In this document: positions 47,876 to 56,754 of the stretch, piece after piece
How the letters are laid out: each line of letters opens with the position of its first letter
Numbering within the stretch: the stretch's first letter is position 1
Source of the DNA: Rhodanobacter sp.
GTDB taxonomy: Bacteria; Pseudomonadota; Gammaproteobacteria; Xanthomonadales; Rhodanobacteraceae
Assembly (NCBI GenBank): GCA_036561785.1
Contig: DATCUT010000104.1
Span: 14,282 to 78,281, forward strand
Reading direction: 5' to 3'
DNA length: 64,000 nucleotides
Notes under the pieces: model-generated
Seen by the model: the letters and a program-made list of their open reading frames with translations, nothing else
Told to the model about the DNA's origin: nothing
Databases searched by the model: none
Program-made: the position numbers and the translations under genes

Positions 47876-48217
47876 ATGCTGCTCTATGCGATTCTGGTTT
47901 TTGCGGTTGCCGCCATCGGCGGCCTGGTGCTGGCCTCCAGCGTACTGCGCGGCAAGCTGGCGCCGTGGGCGATTTCGGTGCTGCACGCACTGCTCGGCGC
48001 CAGCGGCCTGGTGCTGCTGATCCTCGTGGTGCTGCAGGGTACCGCCCCGGGGCGGCTCACCGCGGCGCTGGCCCTGCTGGTGCTGGCGGCGCTGGGCGGC
48101 TTCTTCCTCGCCTCGTTCCACCTGCGCAAGCAGGTCGCGCCGAAGGCCGTGGTGTTCGTGCACGCCGGCGTCGCGGTGGTGGGTTTCCTGACCCTGCTCA
48201 GCCTGCTGCTGGCCTGA
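47876..48217 (+). CDS. Small 4-TM membrane protein, hypothetical
   Basis: Four hydrophobic helices, His in helices 2 and 4; RBS GGGGGAAA. Confidence 0.75.
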   Translation: MLLYAILVFAVAAIGGLVLASSVLRGKLAPWAISVLHALLGASGLVLLILVVLQGTAPGRLTAALALLVLAALGGFFLASFHLRKQVAPKAVVFVHAGVAVVGFLTLLSLLLA

Positions 48218-48226
48218 GGCAACGCC

Positions 48227-48655
48227 ATGCGCCATCCGCTGCATCCGGCCCTGGTGCATTTCCCGATCGCCTGCTGGTCGCTGGCCACCGCAGCGGATCT
48301 TGCCAGCCTGGCCTGGGGCGAACCGGCGTGGCGCTTTGCCGGCATCCTGCTGCTGGCGGGGATCGGTTTTTCGATTCCCGCCATGCTGGCCGGCTTGCTC
48401 GAACTGGCCAGGGTCGACGGGGACAACCAGGCGATCAAGGACGTCAACCGGCACATGATCATGGTGATGGGCGCGCTGGCCTGCTACGTGGCCAGCCTGT
48501 TCCTGCGCCTGCACGGCACGCACTTCGTCGAGCCGGGCCTGCTGGCGATCGGGCTGAGCGTGCTGGGCTTCCTGTGCCTGGGCGTGGCCGGCTGGCTGGG
48601 CGGCAAGCTGGTGTACGGACACCGGCTCGGCGTCAGCCCGCTGCCGCCTGCTTAG
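48227..48655 (+). CDS. DUF2231-like membrane protein
   Basis: HPLHPALVHFPIA, GWLGGKLVYGH. Confidence 0.85.
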   Translation: MRHPLHPALVHFPIACWSLATAADLASLAWGEPAWRFAGILLLAGIGFSIPAMLAGLLELARVDGDNQAIKDVNRHMIMVMGALACYVASLFLRLHGTHFVEPGLLAIGLSVLGFLCLGVAGWLGGKLVYGHRLGVSPLPPA

Positions 48656-49310
48656 CCTTCGCTTTCGACAGCCGCGGCACGCGCCACAGGTACCAAGCGG
48701 CGGCGGTGCGATGCGGGCTCCAGGCCGCGCCGATCGCCGCCAACGCCTTCGGTGCGGGCGCCGTGTCCAGCGACTTCAGCAGGCGGTAGCCCTCGCGCAC
48801 GCCGAAGTCGTCTGCCGGCAGGATGTCGGGCCGGTCCAGGCTGTAGATCAGGAACATCTCCACGGTCCAGCGGCCGATCCCTTTCAGCGCACTGAGCCGG
48901 GCGATCAGTCCCTCATCGGGCAGCATCAGGGCCGTAGCCAGGTCCGGCACCACACCATCCAGCGTGGCCGCGGCGATGCCGCGGATCGTCTCGATCTTGC
49001 GCGCCGAAAAACCGCAGGCACGCATGCTGTCGAAGTCGGCATCGAGCAATTGCGCGGGCGACGGAAACGCTCGCCGCGGATGCAAGGCCAGTAGCCGCGC
49101 CAGGATCGCGTCGCCGGCTTTCACGTGCAGTTGCTGGTAGGCCACCGCGCGCACCAGCGCCTCGTACGGCTCGCGCGCCGGCTTCGGTTCGTGGCCGCAG
49201 GGACCGACCTGCGCGATCAGACGTGCCCAGTCGGCGTCGATCGAGGCCAGGAACACCGATGCTCCGGCATACGCTGCCCGGGACGGTTCGCGGTTTTTCA
49301 TCGGCGGCAT
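48633..49310 (-). CDS. alkA: DNA-3-methyladenine glycosylase II (AlkA-like HhH-GPD)
   Basis: AVAYQQL, LKGIGRWTVEM, PADDFGVR, WSPHRTAAAWYLW; start uncertain (49301-49343). Confidence 0.88.
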   Translation of the reverse strand: MPPMKNREPSRAAYAGASVFLASIDADWARLIAQVGPCGHEPKPAREPYEALVRAVAYQQLHVKAGDAILARLLALHPRRAFPSPAQLLDADFDSMRACGFSARKIETIRGIAAATLDGVVPDLATALMLPDEGLIARLSALKGIGRWTVEMFLIYSLDRPDILPADDFGVREGYRLLKSLDTAPAPKALAAIGAAWSPHRTAAAWYLWRVPRLSKAKAKQAAAG

Positions 49311-49375
49311 CGCCCCTGTGGTTCGCGGACTGCGCATCGACATCCTGACATCGGTGTTCCAGAGGTTTGCATGAA

Positions 49376-50605
49376 CTACACGGAACGCAACGCCTGCGTC
49401 GGCTCGACCTTCGCGGCGCGCAGAGAAGGGAACACGGCGGCGCCCTGTCCGAGCAGGATCACGATGAGCGCGCACAGAAGCAGCTCCCACGCCGGCAACC
49501 GTCCCACCCCGTAATGACTCCACAGCCAGATGTTCAAGCCGCGCGCGACAACCATGCCGCACAAGACGCCGGCCAGGCAGAGCAGCGCGTTCTCGATCAG
49601 GAAGTAGCGCACGATGGCCGCGCGTGTCGCGCCGAGAGCGCGGCGAATGCCGATCTGCCGCTTTCGCCGCGCCACCCAGAAACTGGTCAGGCCCACGATG
49701 CCCAAGGCGGTGACCAGCACCAGGACGCAGCACACGATACCCAGCGCGATGGCCATGGAGCGATCTTTCTCATAGGCGGTGCTGCGGATCTCGTCGAGCG
49801 GCCGCAGTCGCCCGAAGATCCGCTCCGGATTCGACGCGATCAGCGCCTTCTTCACCTCCGGCATCGTGGCGTCGAGCGTACCGGGCTTGACGCGTACCAT
49901 GAGCAGGCCGCCCGGGCCGGCACTGGCGATCGGGACGATGATCGAGTTTTCGCTCACCGCCTTGTCGATGGTGCCGGCCGCGGCCGGCGACTGCAGACGG
50001 TCCACCACGCCGATGATGGCGACCGGCTTGCCCGCATCCGATGACAGATAGATCGACTTGCCCAGAGCCTCCTCTCGGGGAAACAGCTGCCGGGCCAGCG
50101 CCCGGCTGACGATGGCGACGCCCGGCATGGGCCCCGCATTGAAGTTGCCCTGCAGCACGTCTTCGGACGTGAAATTTCGCCCTGCGAGCAGGTGCAGGCC
50201 CAGCGTGCCGATGCCGTGCTGATCCATCGCGTAAACGGCGGTCTGGGCGTTCTGGTCCCGCTGGTTGCTGGCACCGGGAAGCAGGCTGACGCCTTCGCTC
50301 CAGCCGCTGCCCCGCAGGGGGTAGGTGTTGGTCGCCACCGCATCGACCACGCCGGGAACGGCCCGCACGCGGCTCAGGTCCGTATCCAGTGCCGCCTTGC
50401 TCCCGCTGCCGCTGGTGAGCCGGAAACCGATCGCGAACAGGTTGTGCTCGTCCGTCCCGGTGGGCCGCCTCAGCAAGGCCGTGCGCTCACCGACGATGGA
50501 GATCACGTTGCTGATGATCGCCAGGGTCAGGGCGACCTGTATCACCACCAGCAAGGCGCCGATCTTGCTTCGCCTCAGTGCCGCCAGGATTGGTGCAACT
50601 TCCAT
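49376..50605 (-). CDS. ABC transporter permease (MacB/FtsX-like)
   Basis: TM1, periplasmic domain, three C-terminal TMs; RKRQIGIRRALGA. Confidence 0.9.
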   Translation of the reverse strand: MEVAPILAALRRSKIGALLVVIQVALTLAIISNVISIVGERTALLRRPTGTDEHNLFAIGFRLTSGSGSKAALDTDLSRVRAVPGVVDAVATNTYPLRGSGWSEGVSLLPGASNQRDQNAQTAVYAMDQHGIGTLGLHLLAGRNFTSEDVLQGNFNAGPMPGVAIVSRALARQLFPREEALGKSIYLSSDAGKPVAIIGVVDRLQSPAAAGTIDKAVSENSIIVPIASAGPGGLLMVRVKPGTLDATMPEVKKALIASNPERIFGRLRPLDEIRSTAYEKDRSMAIALGIVCCVLVLVTALGIVGLTSFWVARRKRQIGIRRALGATRAAIVRYFLIENALLCLAGVLCGMVVARGLNIWLWSHYGVGRLPAWELLLCALIVILLGQGAAVFPSLRAAKVEPTQALRSV

Positions 50606-50664
50606 GCTTATCTCTCGGTGTCCGGATGGTGGGATGCACTGCAGCTATACAAAATTCGAAAGTA

Positions 50665-51981
50665 CTAACCGACCTTCAACTGCAGCGCAGGCGCGATCCG
50701 CATGGCCCGCCATGCCGGATAGAACCCGGCGACAAGGGTCGCGGCTGTCGCCAGCGCCAGCGTGATCACCAACAGCGAGGCATCCATGCTGGCGATCCGC
50801 CCCATGCCAACCGGGAACAGGGTGCGCAGTGCCCACAGCGCCAGTACGGTGAGGGACAACCCGAACACGCCGCCGAGCAACCCGATGACGCCGGACTCGA
50901 TGATGGCCTGCGCGAAGATGTTGCGGCCGCTGGCGCCCAGCGCGCGGCGCAGGCCGAACTCGCCCGCGCGCTCGAGCGACTTGGCGAGCATGAGCCCCAG
51001 CGCGCCGACCAGGCAGACGACGAAGAAGCTGAAGGCGACGAGCACCGAGAGCCTCGCATCGTTGGGCACGACTTTCTGCGCCACCAGCCAGTCGCGGACG
51101 TTGCGCAGGCGCACGTTCGGCTTCCAGGCAAACCGGCCGGCCTGCTCCTGGTCGCGCGCGTAATTCGTCAGGAAGCGCCGATACGCCTCAGCCTCTGCCG
51201 ACGTGGGCAGCTCGGCCCAGAACTGCAGCCACACGCACTCCGAGCGGATCAGGTCATCAAAGGTTTCGCCGCGGGGGCCGGCGTCGCAGAACTCATACTC
51301 GGAAGTGGACATCTGCTTGCCAATGGTCAGCGTGAGTGGGAGAAACGCATCCTCGCCTTCCTCGAAGTCCTGTCCGTTGATGACGTCGTAGTAGCGCGGC
51401 TTCGGGTCCCACGCGTCGATGACGCCCACCACCCGGTAGCTGGCATCGTTCAGATACACCGATTTCCCCACGCTGTCGGCGCCGCCGAAGAGGCGCTCGT
51501 TGAGCGACTTGCTTAAAACAATCAACGTAGCGGCCTTGGCATCGTCGGACGCATCCCAGGCATGCCCGTAGCGCATCGGCACGTCGAACATCCTGAAGAA
51601 GTCCGGCGACGTCGCCCGCGCGGCGATGGAGAAAGGCTTCAGGCTGCGATCCGCCGGAATCACCGTCGCCGACACCTGATACATGGCCACCTGATGGCGC
51701 GCCTCATGCGCGGCCAGCAGCGCCATCGCGTCCCGATAGGTGAGCTGCGTGGGCGGCTCGTCATCGCCCGCCTTGCGGCTGCGCGGACCGCCGTTGTCGA
51801 GCTGCACGGCGTAAAGCTGACTCGATTTCTGCGGAATCGGGTCGCGGGCCATCACATACAGGATGGTGTACGCGGTCATGGTCATCGCCACGCCCAGCCC
51901 GATGGCGACCACCATCAGGGCGGTGAGCATGGGGTTGCGACGGAAGCTGATCAGGGCCAGCCGAAGATAATAGGTCACCAT
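50665..51981 (-). CDS. ABC transporter permease (MacB/FtsX-like)
   Basis: MacB_PCD-like domain; RAGEFGLRRALGA; YPAWRAMRIAPALQLK. Confidence 0.9.
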   Translation of the reverse strand: MVTYYLRLALISFRRNPMLTALMVVAIGLGVAMTMTAYTILYVMARDPIPQKSSQLYAVQLDNGGPRSRKAGDDEPPTQLTYRDAMALLAAHEARHQVAMYQVSATVIPADRSLKPFSIAARATSPDFFRMFDVPMRYGHAWDASDDAKAATLIVLSKSLNERLFGGADSVGKSVYLNDASYRVVGVIDAWDPKPRYYDVINGQDFEEGEDAFLPLTLTIGKQMSTSEYEFCDAGPRGETFDDLIRSECVWLQFWAELPTSAEAEAYRRFLTNYARDQEQAGRFAWKPNVRLRNVRDWLVAQKVVPNDARLSVLVAFSFFVVCLVGALGLMLAKSLERAGEFGLRRALGASGRNIFAQAIIESGVIGLLGGVFGLSLTVLALWALRTLFPVGMGRIASMDASLLVITLALATAATLVAGFYPAWRAMRIAPALQLKVG

Positions 51982-52116
51982 GGCATCGCCTTTCCCCCGA
52001 AGTGCTGCCTGATGTCCGAAGTCCGCGACAGCGGATTTCTTCGTGGCCAAGCCGGATATCCCGGATGACGTCAGCACAAGTCATGCCAACGAGTGGTGTC
52101 GGATGCGCCGCCTTGC

Positions 52117-52197
52117 GGGGACCTCGAATAGCCGCCTTTTTGCTCGTCATTCCCGCTTTCGCGGGAATGACGTCATCGGGGGTTTTCGAGGTTCCCC
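52117..52197. mobile_element. MITE-like element with terminal inverted repeats and an internal REP hairpin
   Basis: GGGGACCTCGAA ... TTCGAGGTTCCCC flanking CGTCATTCCCGC-TTTC-GCGGGAATGACG (52145-52172). Confidence 0.55.
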
Positions 52198-52276
52198 TGC
52201 GCGGGTCATCAAAGCACTGTCCGCGGACACGTCGTCCGCGGACGCGGACAGATATCGAAGTTCCATCCGGCTGGCG

Positions 52277-52933
52277 TTAGCCAGCCCGCCGGAACGTGAG
52301 ATTGATGCGGCAGTCGCCCAACGCGGCGTGATGGTTCGGCTTCAGCGGCAACACGCCGTGATAGCGCAGCCGCGCCGGGCCGCCCCACACGACCACGTCG
52401 CCATGCGCCAGCGGCACCCGTTGCGCACGATCCGAGCGCTGCAAACCGCCGAACAGGAACACCGCCGGAATGCCCAGCGAGACCGACACGATCGGCTGGT
52501 CCAGGTCGTGCTCGTCGCGGTCCTGATGCAGGCTCAGCCGGGTACCCGCTTCGTAGCGATTGACCAGGCAGGCATCCGGCACGAAGCCAGCGAAACCGGC
52601 GTGCGCCGCGGCAGTAGCCGCCAGCTGCAGGAAGACCCGTGGCATCGGCGGCCACGGCTTGCCACTGTCTGGGTCGATCGGGTCGTAGCGGTAGCCGCGA
52701 CGATCGCTGACCCAGCCCAGCGGCCCCGCACTGGTCATGGCCACCGACATGCGGAAACCGCCGGGCGTGACCAGGTGGCGGAACGGTGCCTGCGCCACGA
52801 TCGCATCGAGCGCCTGCAGCAACGCCGCCTCGCTGGCCAGGGCAAACCCGCGCAACACCATCGCGCCCTCGCACAACGGCTCGTCCTGGCGGGCAGGGGC
52901 GGGTGCAGCGGCGAACAGGTCGGTGGTGATCAT
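52277..52933 (-). CDS. alkB: DNA oxidative demethylase AlkB
   Basis: TPGGFRMSVAMT, DACLVNRY, LHQDRDE, YHGV, RINLTFR. Confidence 0.96.
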   Translation of the reverse strand: MITTDLFAAAPAPARQDEPLCEGAMVLRGFALASEAALLQALDAIVAQAPFRHLVTPGGFRMSVAMTSAGPLGWVSDRRGYRYDPIDPDSGKPWPPMPRVFLQLAATAAAHAGFAGFVPDACLVNRYEAGTRLSLHQDRDEHDLDQPIVSVSLGIPAVFLFGGLQRSDRAQRVPLAHGDVVVWGGPARLRYHGVLPLKPNHHAALGDCRINLTFRRAG

Positions 52934-53661
52934 GTGGCGTCGTGGAAGATGATGCCGAGCGTGTGGCGATGCCCGCTGCGCACGCGGCTGACGCCGTGGC
53001 GCATATTCACCCGATAACTGCCGCGCGTACCTTGCACCGGTCGCTGGTGCACCGCGAACACCACCGCATCGCCCTGGCGCAGCGGCACCACTTCAACGCG
53101 CGACTGCATGCGCGGGCGCTGCTCGGTCAGCACGAACTCGCCGCCACCGAAATCGCGTTCCGGCTCGGACAGCAGGATCGCCAGCTGCAGCGGAAACACG
53201 TGCTCGCCGTACAGGTCCTGGTGCAGGCAGTTGTAGTCGCCCGCGCCGTACTGCAGCAGCAACGGGGTAGGGCGCCGCTGGCCGGCGGCGTGGCAGCGCC
53301 CGATGAATTCGGCGTGCGTGGCGGGATAGCGCACGGCCAGTCCCATCGACGCGTTCCAGCGGTTCGCGATCGGCGCCAGCTGCGGGTAGACCGCGCCGCG
53401 CAGCTCGGCCACCAGCTCGGGCAGCGGGTAGTTGAAGTAGCGGTATTCGCCACGGCCGAAACCGTGGCGGCCCATCACCACGCGGCTGCGGAAGCGTCCA
53501 TCGTCCGTATACATGCCAGCCAGTGCCACGCACTCCTGCGGCGACAGCAGGGCTTCCAGCATCGCGCAGCCGTGTGCGTCGAGTTCATCGGCGATGCCGG
53601 CCCAGTCGTACACCTGCAGCCGCGCACCGGTTTGGGTGACGGCTCGCAACTGCGCATTCAT
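52930..53661 (-). CDS. 2OG-Fe(II) oxygenase (DUF2086-like)
   Basis: GRGEYRYF, NCLHQDLYG, GGEFVLTEQRPRMQSR, RHGVS, GIIFHDA; overlaps ada and alkB by 4 nt each. Confidence 0.88.
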   Translation of the reverse strand: MNAQLRAVTQTGARLQVYDWAGIADELDAHGCAMLEALLSPQECVALAGMYTDDGRFRSRVVMGRHGFGRGEYRYFNYPLPELVAELRGAVYPQLAPIANRWNASMGLAVRYPATHAEFIGRCHAAGQRRPTPLLLQYGAGDYNCLHQDLYGEHVFPLQLAILLSEPERDFGGGEFVLTEQRPRMQSRVEVVPLRQGDAVVFAVHQRPVQGTRGSYRVNMRHGVSRVRSGHRHTLGIIFHDAT

Positions 53662-54737
53662 ACCTGCGCCTCGCGCTCCAGCAGTGCGCGCTTGCGCTGC
53701 ACGCCCCAGCGGTAGCCGGACAGGCCGCCGTCGTTGCGCACCACGCGGTGGCACGGGATCGCCACCGCCAGCAGGTTGCTGGCGCAGGCCTGCGCCACCG
53801 CCCGCATGGCCTTGGGCGAGCCGATGCGCCGCGCGATCTCGCTGTAGCTGACAGTGCTGCCGGCCGGGATCTCGCGCAGCGCCTGCCACACGCGCTGCTG
53901 GAACGCGGTGCCGCGCACGTCCAGCGGCAGGTCCAGGCCGATCGCCGGTGCCTCGATGAAGCCGACCACCTGCGCCACCCGTTGCTCGTAGTCGCGGTCG
54001 CCGCCGAGCAGCCTGGCCTTGGGAAAGCGATCCTGCAGGTCGCGCGCCAGCGCGTCCGGATCGTCGCCGAGCAGGATCGCGCACACGCCGCGTTCGCTCT
54101 GCGCGACCAGGATCGCACCCAGCGAGCATTCACCGATGGCAAAGCGGATCTCGCTGTCGACGCCGCCGGCGCGATAGCTGGAGGGCGTCATGCCCAGCAC
54201 CTGGTTGGCGGTTTCGTAGAAGCGGCTGCTGGCGTTGTAGCCGGCGTCGAAGATCGCTGCGGTCACCGAAGCGCCGCGCTCCAGCTCGTTGCGCACGCGA
54301 CGGCTGCGATGCGCCGTGGCGTACTGCTTCGGAGTCACACCGGTGACGGCCTTGAACACGCGGTGGAAGTGGAACGGACTGAGCCCGGTCGGTTGCGCCA
54401 GCTGCTCCAGCGTGGGCGTGATCTCGGCCTGCTCGATCGCGCGGCAGGCGGCGGTGACCAGCGCTGCATGCTGTTCCGCCAGCGACGGCTGATCGGGCTT
54501 GCAGCGCTTGCACGGGCGAAAACCGGCGCGTTCCGCGTCGGCGGCGGTGGCGTGGAACGCCACGTTCTCGGGCCGGGCCGGGCGCGCCGCGCAGGACGGG
54601 CGGCAGTACACGCCGGTGGTTTTCACCGAATAGAAGAAGCTGCCGTCGGCACGCGCGTCGCGCGCCTGCACTGCGGCCCAGCGCGGGTCGGCAACGGTGG
54701 CGGCGGCAAGCTCGGCATGTTTGTCGAAGGTCTTCAT
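53658..54737 (-). CDS. ada: Bifunctional transcriptional activator / O6-methylguanine-DNA methyltransferase Ada
   Basis: GVYCRPSC...FRPCKRC Zn site, AraC HTH, IPCHRVV active site. Confidence 0.97.
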   Translation of the reverse strand: MKTFDKHAELAAATVADPRWAAVQARDARADGSFFYSVKTTGVYCRPSCAARPARPENVAFHATAADAERAGFRPCKRCKPDQPSLAEQHAALVTAACRAIEQAEITPTLEQLAQPTGLSPFHFHRVFKAVTGVTPKQYATAHRSRRVRNELERGASVTAAIFDAGYNASSRFYETANQVLGMTPSSYRAGGVDSEIRFAIGECSLGAILVAQSERGVCAILLGDDPDALARDLQDRFPKARLLGGDRDYEQRVAQVVGFIEAPAIGLDLPLDVRGTAFQQRVWQALREIPAGSTVSYSEIARRIGSPKAMRAVAQACASNLLAVAIPCHRVVRNDGGLSGYRWGVQRKRALLEREAQV

Positions 54738-54809
54738 GGTCGTTCCTTCCGTCAGATTATCGCGCAAGGCTCAATCTACGGATCAACAACCGCTGCGGCA
54801 CCCCGGGTC

Positions 54810-54822
54810 TTGCGCTCGAATT
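54810..54822 (-). promoter_or_regulatory. Ada box upstream of ada
   Basis: AAT-TCGAGC-GCAA (AAT-N6-GCAA) on minus strand; TAGATT -10 at 54773-54778. Confidence 0.7.
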
Positions 54823-54836
54823 CGAACCGGCTCCCG

Positions 54837-54914
54837 CCTGTAGGAGCGCACCCTGTGCGCGATGCTTTTCGTTACGTGACGAAAAGCATCGCGCACAGGG
54901 TGCGCTCCTACAGG
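54837..54914. repeat. GTAG-family REP doublet (REPIN-like long palindrome)
   Basis: CCTGTAGGAGCGCACCCTGTGCGCGATGCTTTTCGT-TACGTG-ACGAAAAGCATCGCGCACAGGGTGCGCTCCTACAGG. Confidence 0.9.
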
Positions 54915-54921
54915 TTCCGGC

Positions 54922-55932
54922 TTACCACGCCAGCACGAGCTTGCCGATATGCGCACTGCTTTCCATCAGCGCATGCGCCCGGGCCGCTTCGGCCGCGGGA
55001 AAGACCTGATGGATCACCGGCCGCACCGTGCCGGCTTCGAGCAGTGGCCAGACCTTTTCATGCAGCTGGCGGGCCAGCGCCCCCTTGAACGCGACATCGC
55101 GCGCACGCAAGGTGGAACCGGTGAGGGTGAGCCGGCGACGCATGATCGTGCCGGCGTCGATGGCCGCCTTGCCGCCGCCCAGCGTGGCGATGAACACCAG
55201 CCGGCCACCTTCGGCCAACGCGTCGATCTCGCGCGGGATATAGTCGCCGGCGACCATGTCCAGGATCACGTCCACGCCGCGGCCATCGGTAGCCTGTTTC
55301 ACCACCGCCACGAAAGCCTCCTCACGGTAGTTGATCGCGCGCTCCGCACCGAGCCGCACACACGCCGCGCATTTCTCCGCGTTGCCGGCGGTGGCGAACA
55401 CGCGATGGCCGAACGCGTGGGCGAGCTGGATCGCGGTGACCCCGATGCCGCTGGAACCGCCCTGTACCAGCAGGGTTTCCCTGGCGCCGCCTTCGCCGCG
55501 GCCGAGCTGGCCGCGCTCGAACACGTTGCTCCATACGGTGAAGTAGTTCTCCGGTAGTGCCGCCGCTTCGACCATCGAGAATCCCGCCGGCACCGGCAGA
55601 CATTGCAGCAGTGGCGCCACGGCGTATTCGGCGTAGCCGCCGCCGGCGAGCAGGGCGCAGACCGAGTCACCCGGCCCGAGGCCGAACGGGTTGTTGCCGC
55701 TGAAATCGCCTTCGACCAGAACACCCGCCACCTCGAGGCCGGGCAGGTCGGAAGCGCCCGGCGGCGGCGCGTAGTTGCCCTGGCGCTGGAACACGTCCGG
55801 CCGGTTCACCCCGGCCGCGGCCACCTTGATCAGCACCTCGCCCGGCCCCGGCTGCGGGGTCGGGCGTTCGGTCAGCTGCAGCACGTCGGGACTGCCGGGG
55901 CGGGTGATCTCGATGGCTTGCATGGTGGGCAT
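54922..55932 (-). CDS. NAD(P)H-quinone oxidoreductase (PIG3/zeta-crystallin MDR)
   Basis: AAAGVNRPD, PGLEVAG, GGSSGIG, GSTLRAR, HIGKLVL. Confidence 0.92.
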   Translation of the reverse strand: MPTMQAIEITRPGSPDVLQLTERPTPQPGPGEVLIKVAAAGVNRPDVFQRQGNYAPPPGASDLPGLEVAGVLVEGDFSGNNPFGLGPGDSVCALLAGGGYAEYAVAPLLQCLPVPAGFSMVEAAALPENYFTVWSNVFERGQLGRGEGGARETLLVQGGSSGIGVTAIQLAHAFGHRVFATAGNAEKCAACVRLGAERAINYREEAFVAVVKQATDGRGVDVILDMVAGDYIPREIDALAEGGRLVFIATLGGGKAAIDAGTIMRRRLTLTGSTLRARDVAFKGALARQLHEKVWPLLEAGTVRPVIHQVFPAAEAARAHALMESSAHIGKLVLAW

Positions 55933-56004
55933 GGGCGGGCTCCGCAATCGCGTGGTGATGCCGGCATCACTGGCGGCGATACACGCGAAATCAAGCATGC
56001 CGGC

Positions 56005-56697
56005 TCAGACGTCGCCGGCCTTCAGCCAGTCGAGGAAGTCGGCTTGCATCTCGGCGCTCAGGCCGTGGTCGATCGGGTAGATCCGGGTCTCGTGCGGTAC
56101 CTGCAGCGCATCCAGCCATTGATCGGCACGCTGTGCCCAGCTCACCGGCAGCTTGCTGTCGTGGGCGCCGTGGGCGATGAAGGCGCGCAGCGTGGCCAGC
56201 TGCGCACGATCAGCCAGGTTCGGCTCCAGCTCGGGCAGGATGCGACCGGACAGCACGGCGAACCCGGCCACAGTTTGTGGTGCGGTCAGGCCCACGCTGG
56301 CACTGAGGATGCCGCCCTGGCTGAAGCCGGCGATCACCGTATGGCGTGGCTCGATGCGGTACGTCGCCTGCAGTTGTCCTGCCAGGCGGATCAGCGCGAG
56401 CCGGCTGTGCTCCGCCTCGGCGGCGTCGATGCTGGGGCCATTCGCGGTGAATGCCACGCGAAACCAGCCGTACTGGCCCGGGGCGAAAACCAGCGGCCCG
56501 CGCGGCAGCACCACCAGCGTATCGGGACTCACCGCCGCGGCGAGCGAGGCGAGGTTGCCTTCGTTGCCGCCAACGCCGTGCAGCAGCACCAGCAACGACT
56601 TCGGCGCGGCCGGCGACGGCTCGTGCAGGCGGAAGGAGAGGCCCGATGCAGGGTCGTCCAGCAACGGGCCGAGCGAGTAGGAGGACGGAATGGACAT
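56005..56697 (-). CDS. Phospholipase/carboxylesterase (alpha/beta hydrolase)
   Basis: LLHGVG, GFSQG nucleophile elbow, HGAHD, DHG. Confidence 0.9.
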   Translation of the reverse strand: MSIPSSYSLGPLLDDPASGLSFRLHEPSPAAPKSLLVLLHGVGGNEGNLASLAAAVSPDTLVVLPRGPLVFAPGQYGWFRVAFTANGPSIDAAEAEHSRLALIRLAGQLQATYRIEPRHTVIAGFSQGGILSASVGLTAPQTVAGFAVLSGRILPELEPNLADRAQLATLRAFIAHGAHDSKLPVSWAQRADQWLDALQVPHETRIYPIDHGLSAEMQADFLDWLKAGDV

Positions 56698-56754
56698 GAT
56701 GGATCCTTGTCGCACTGAGGGATAACGGCGGCCGATCAGCCGCCGCCGACCGGA

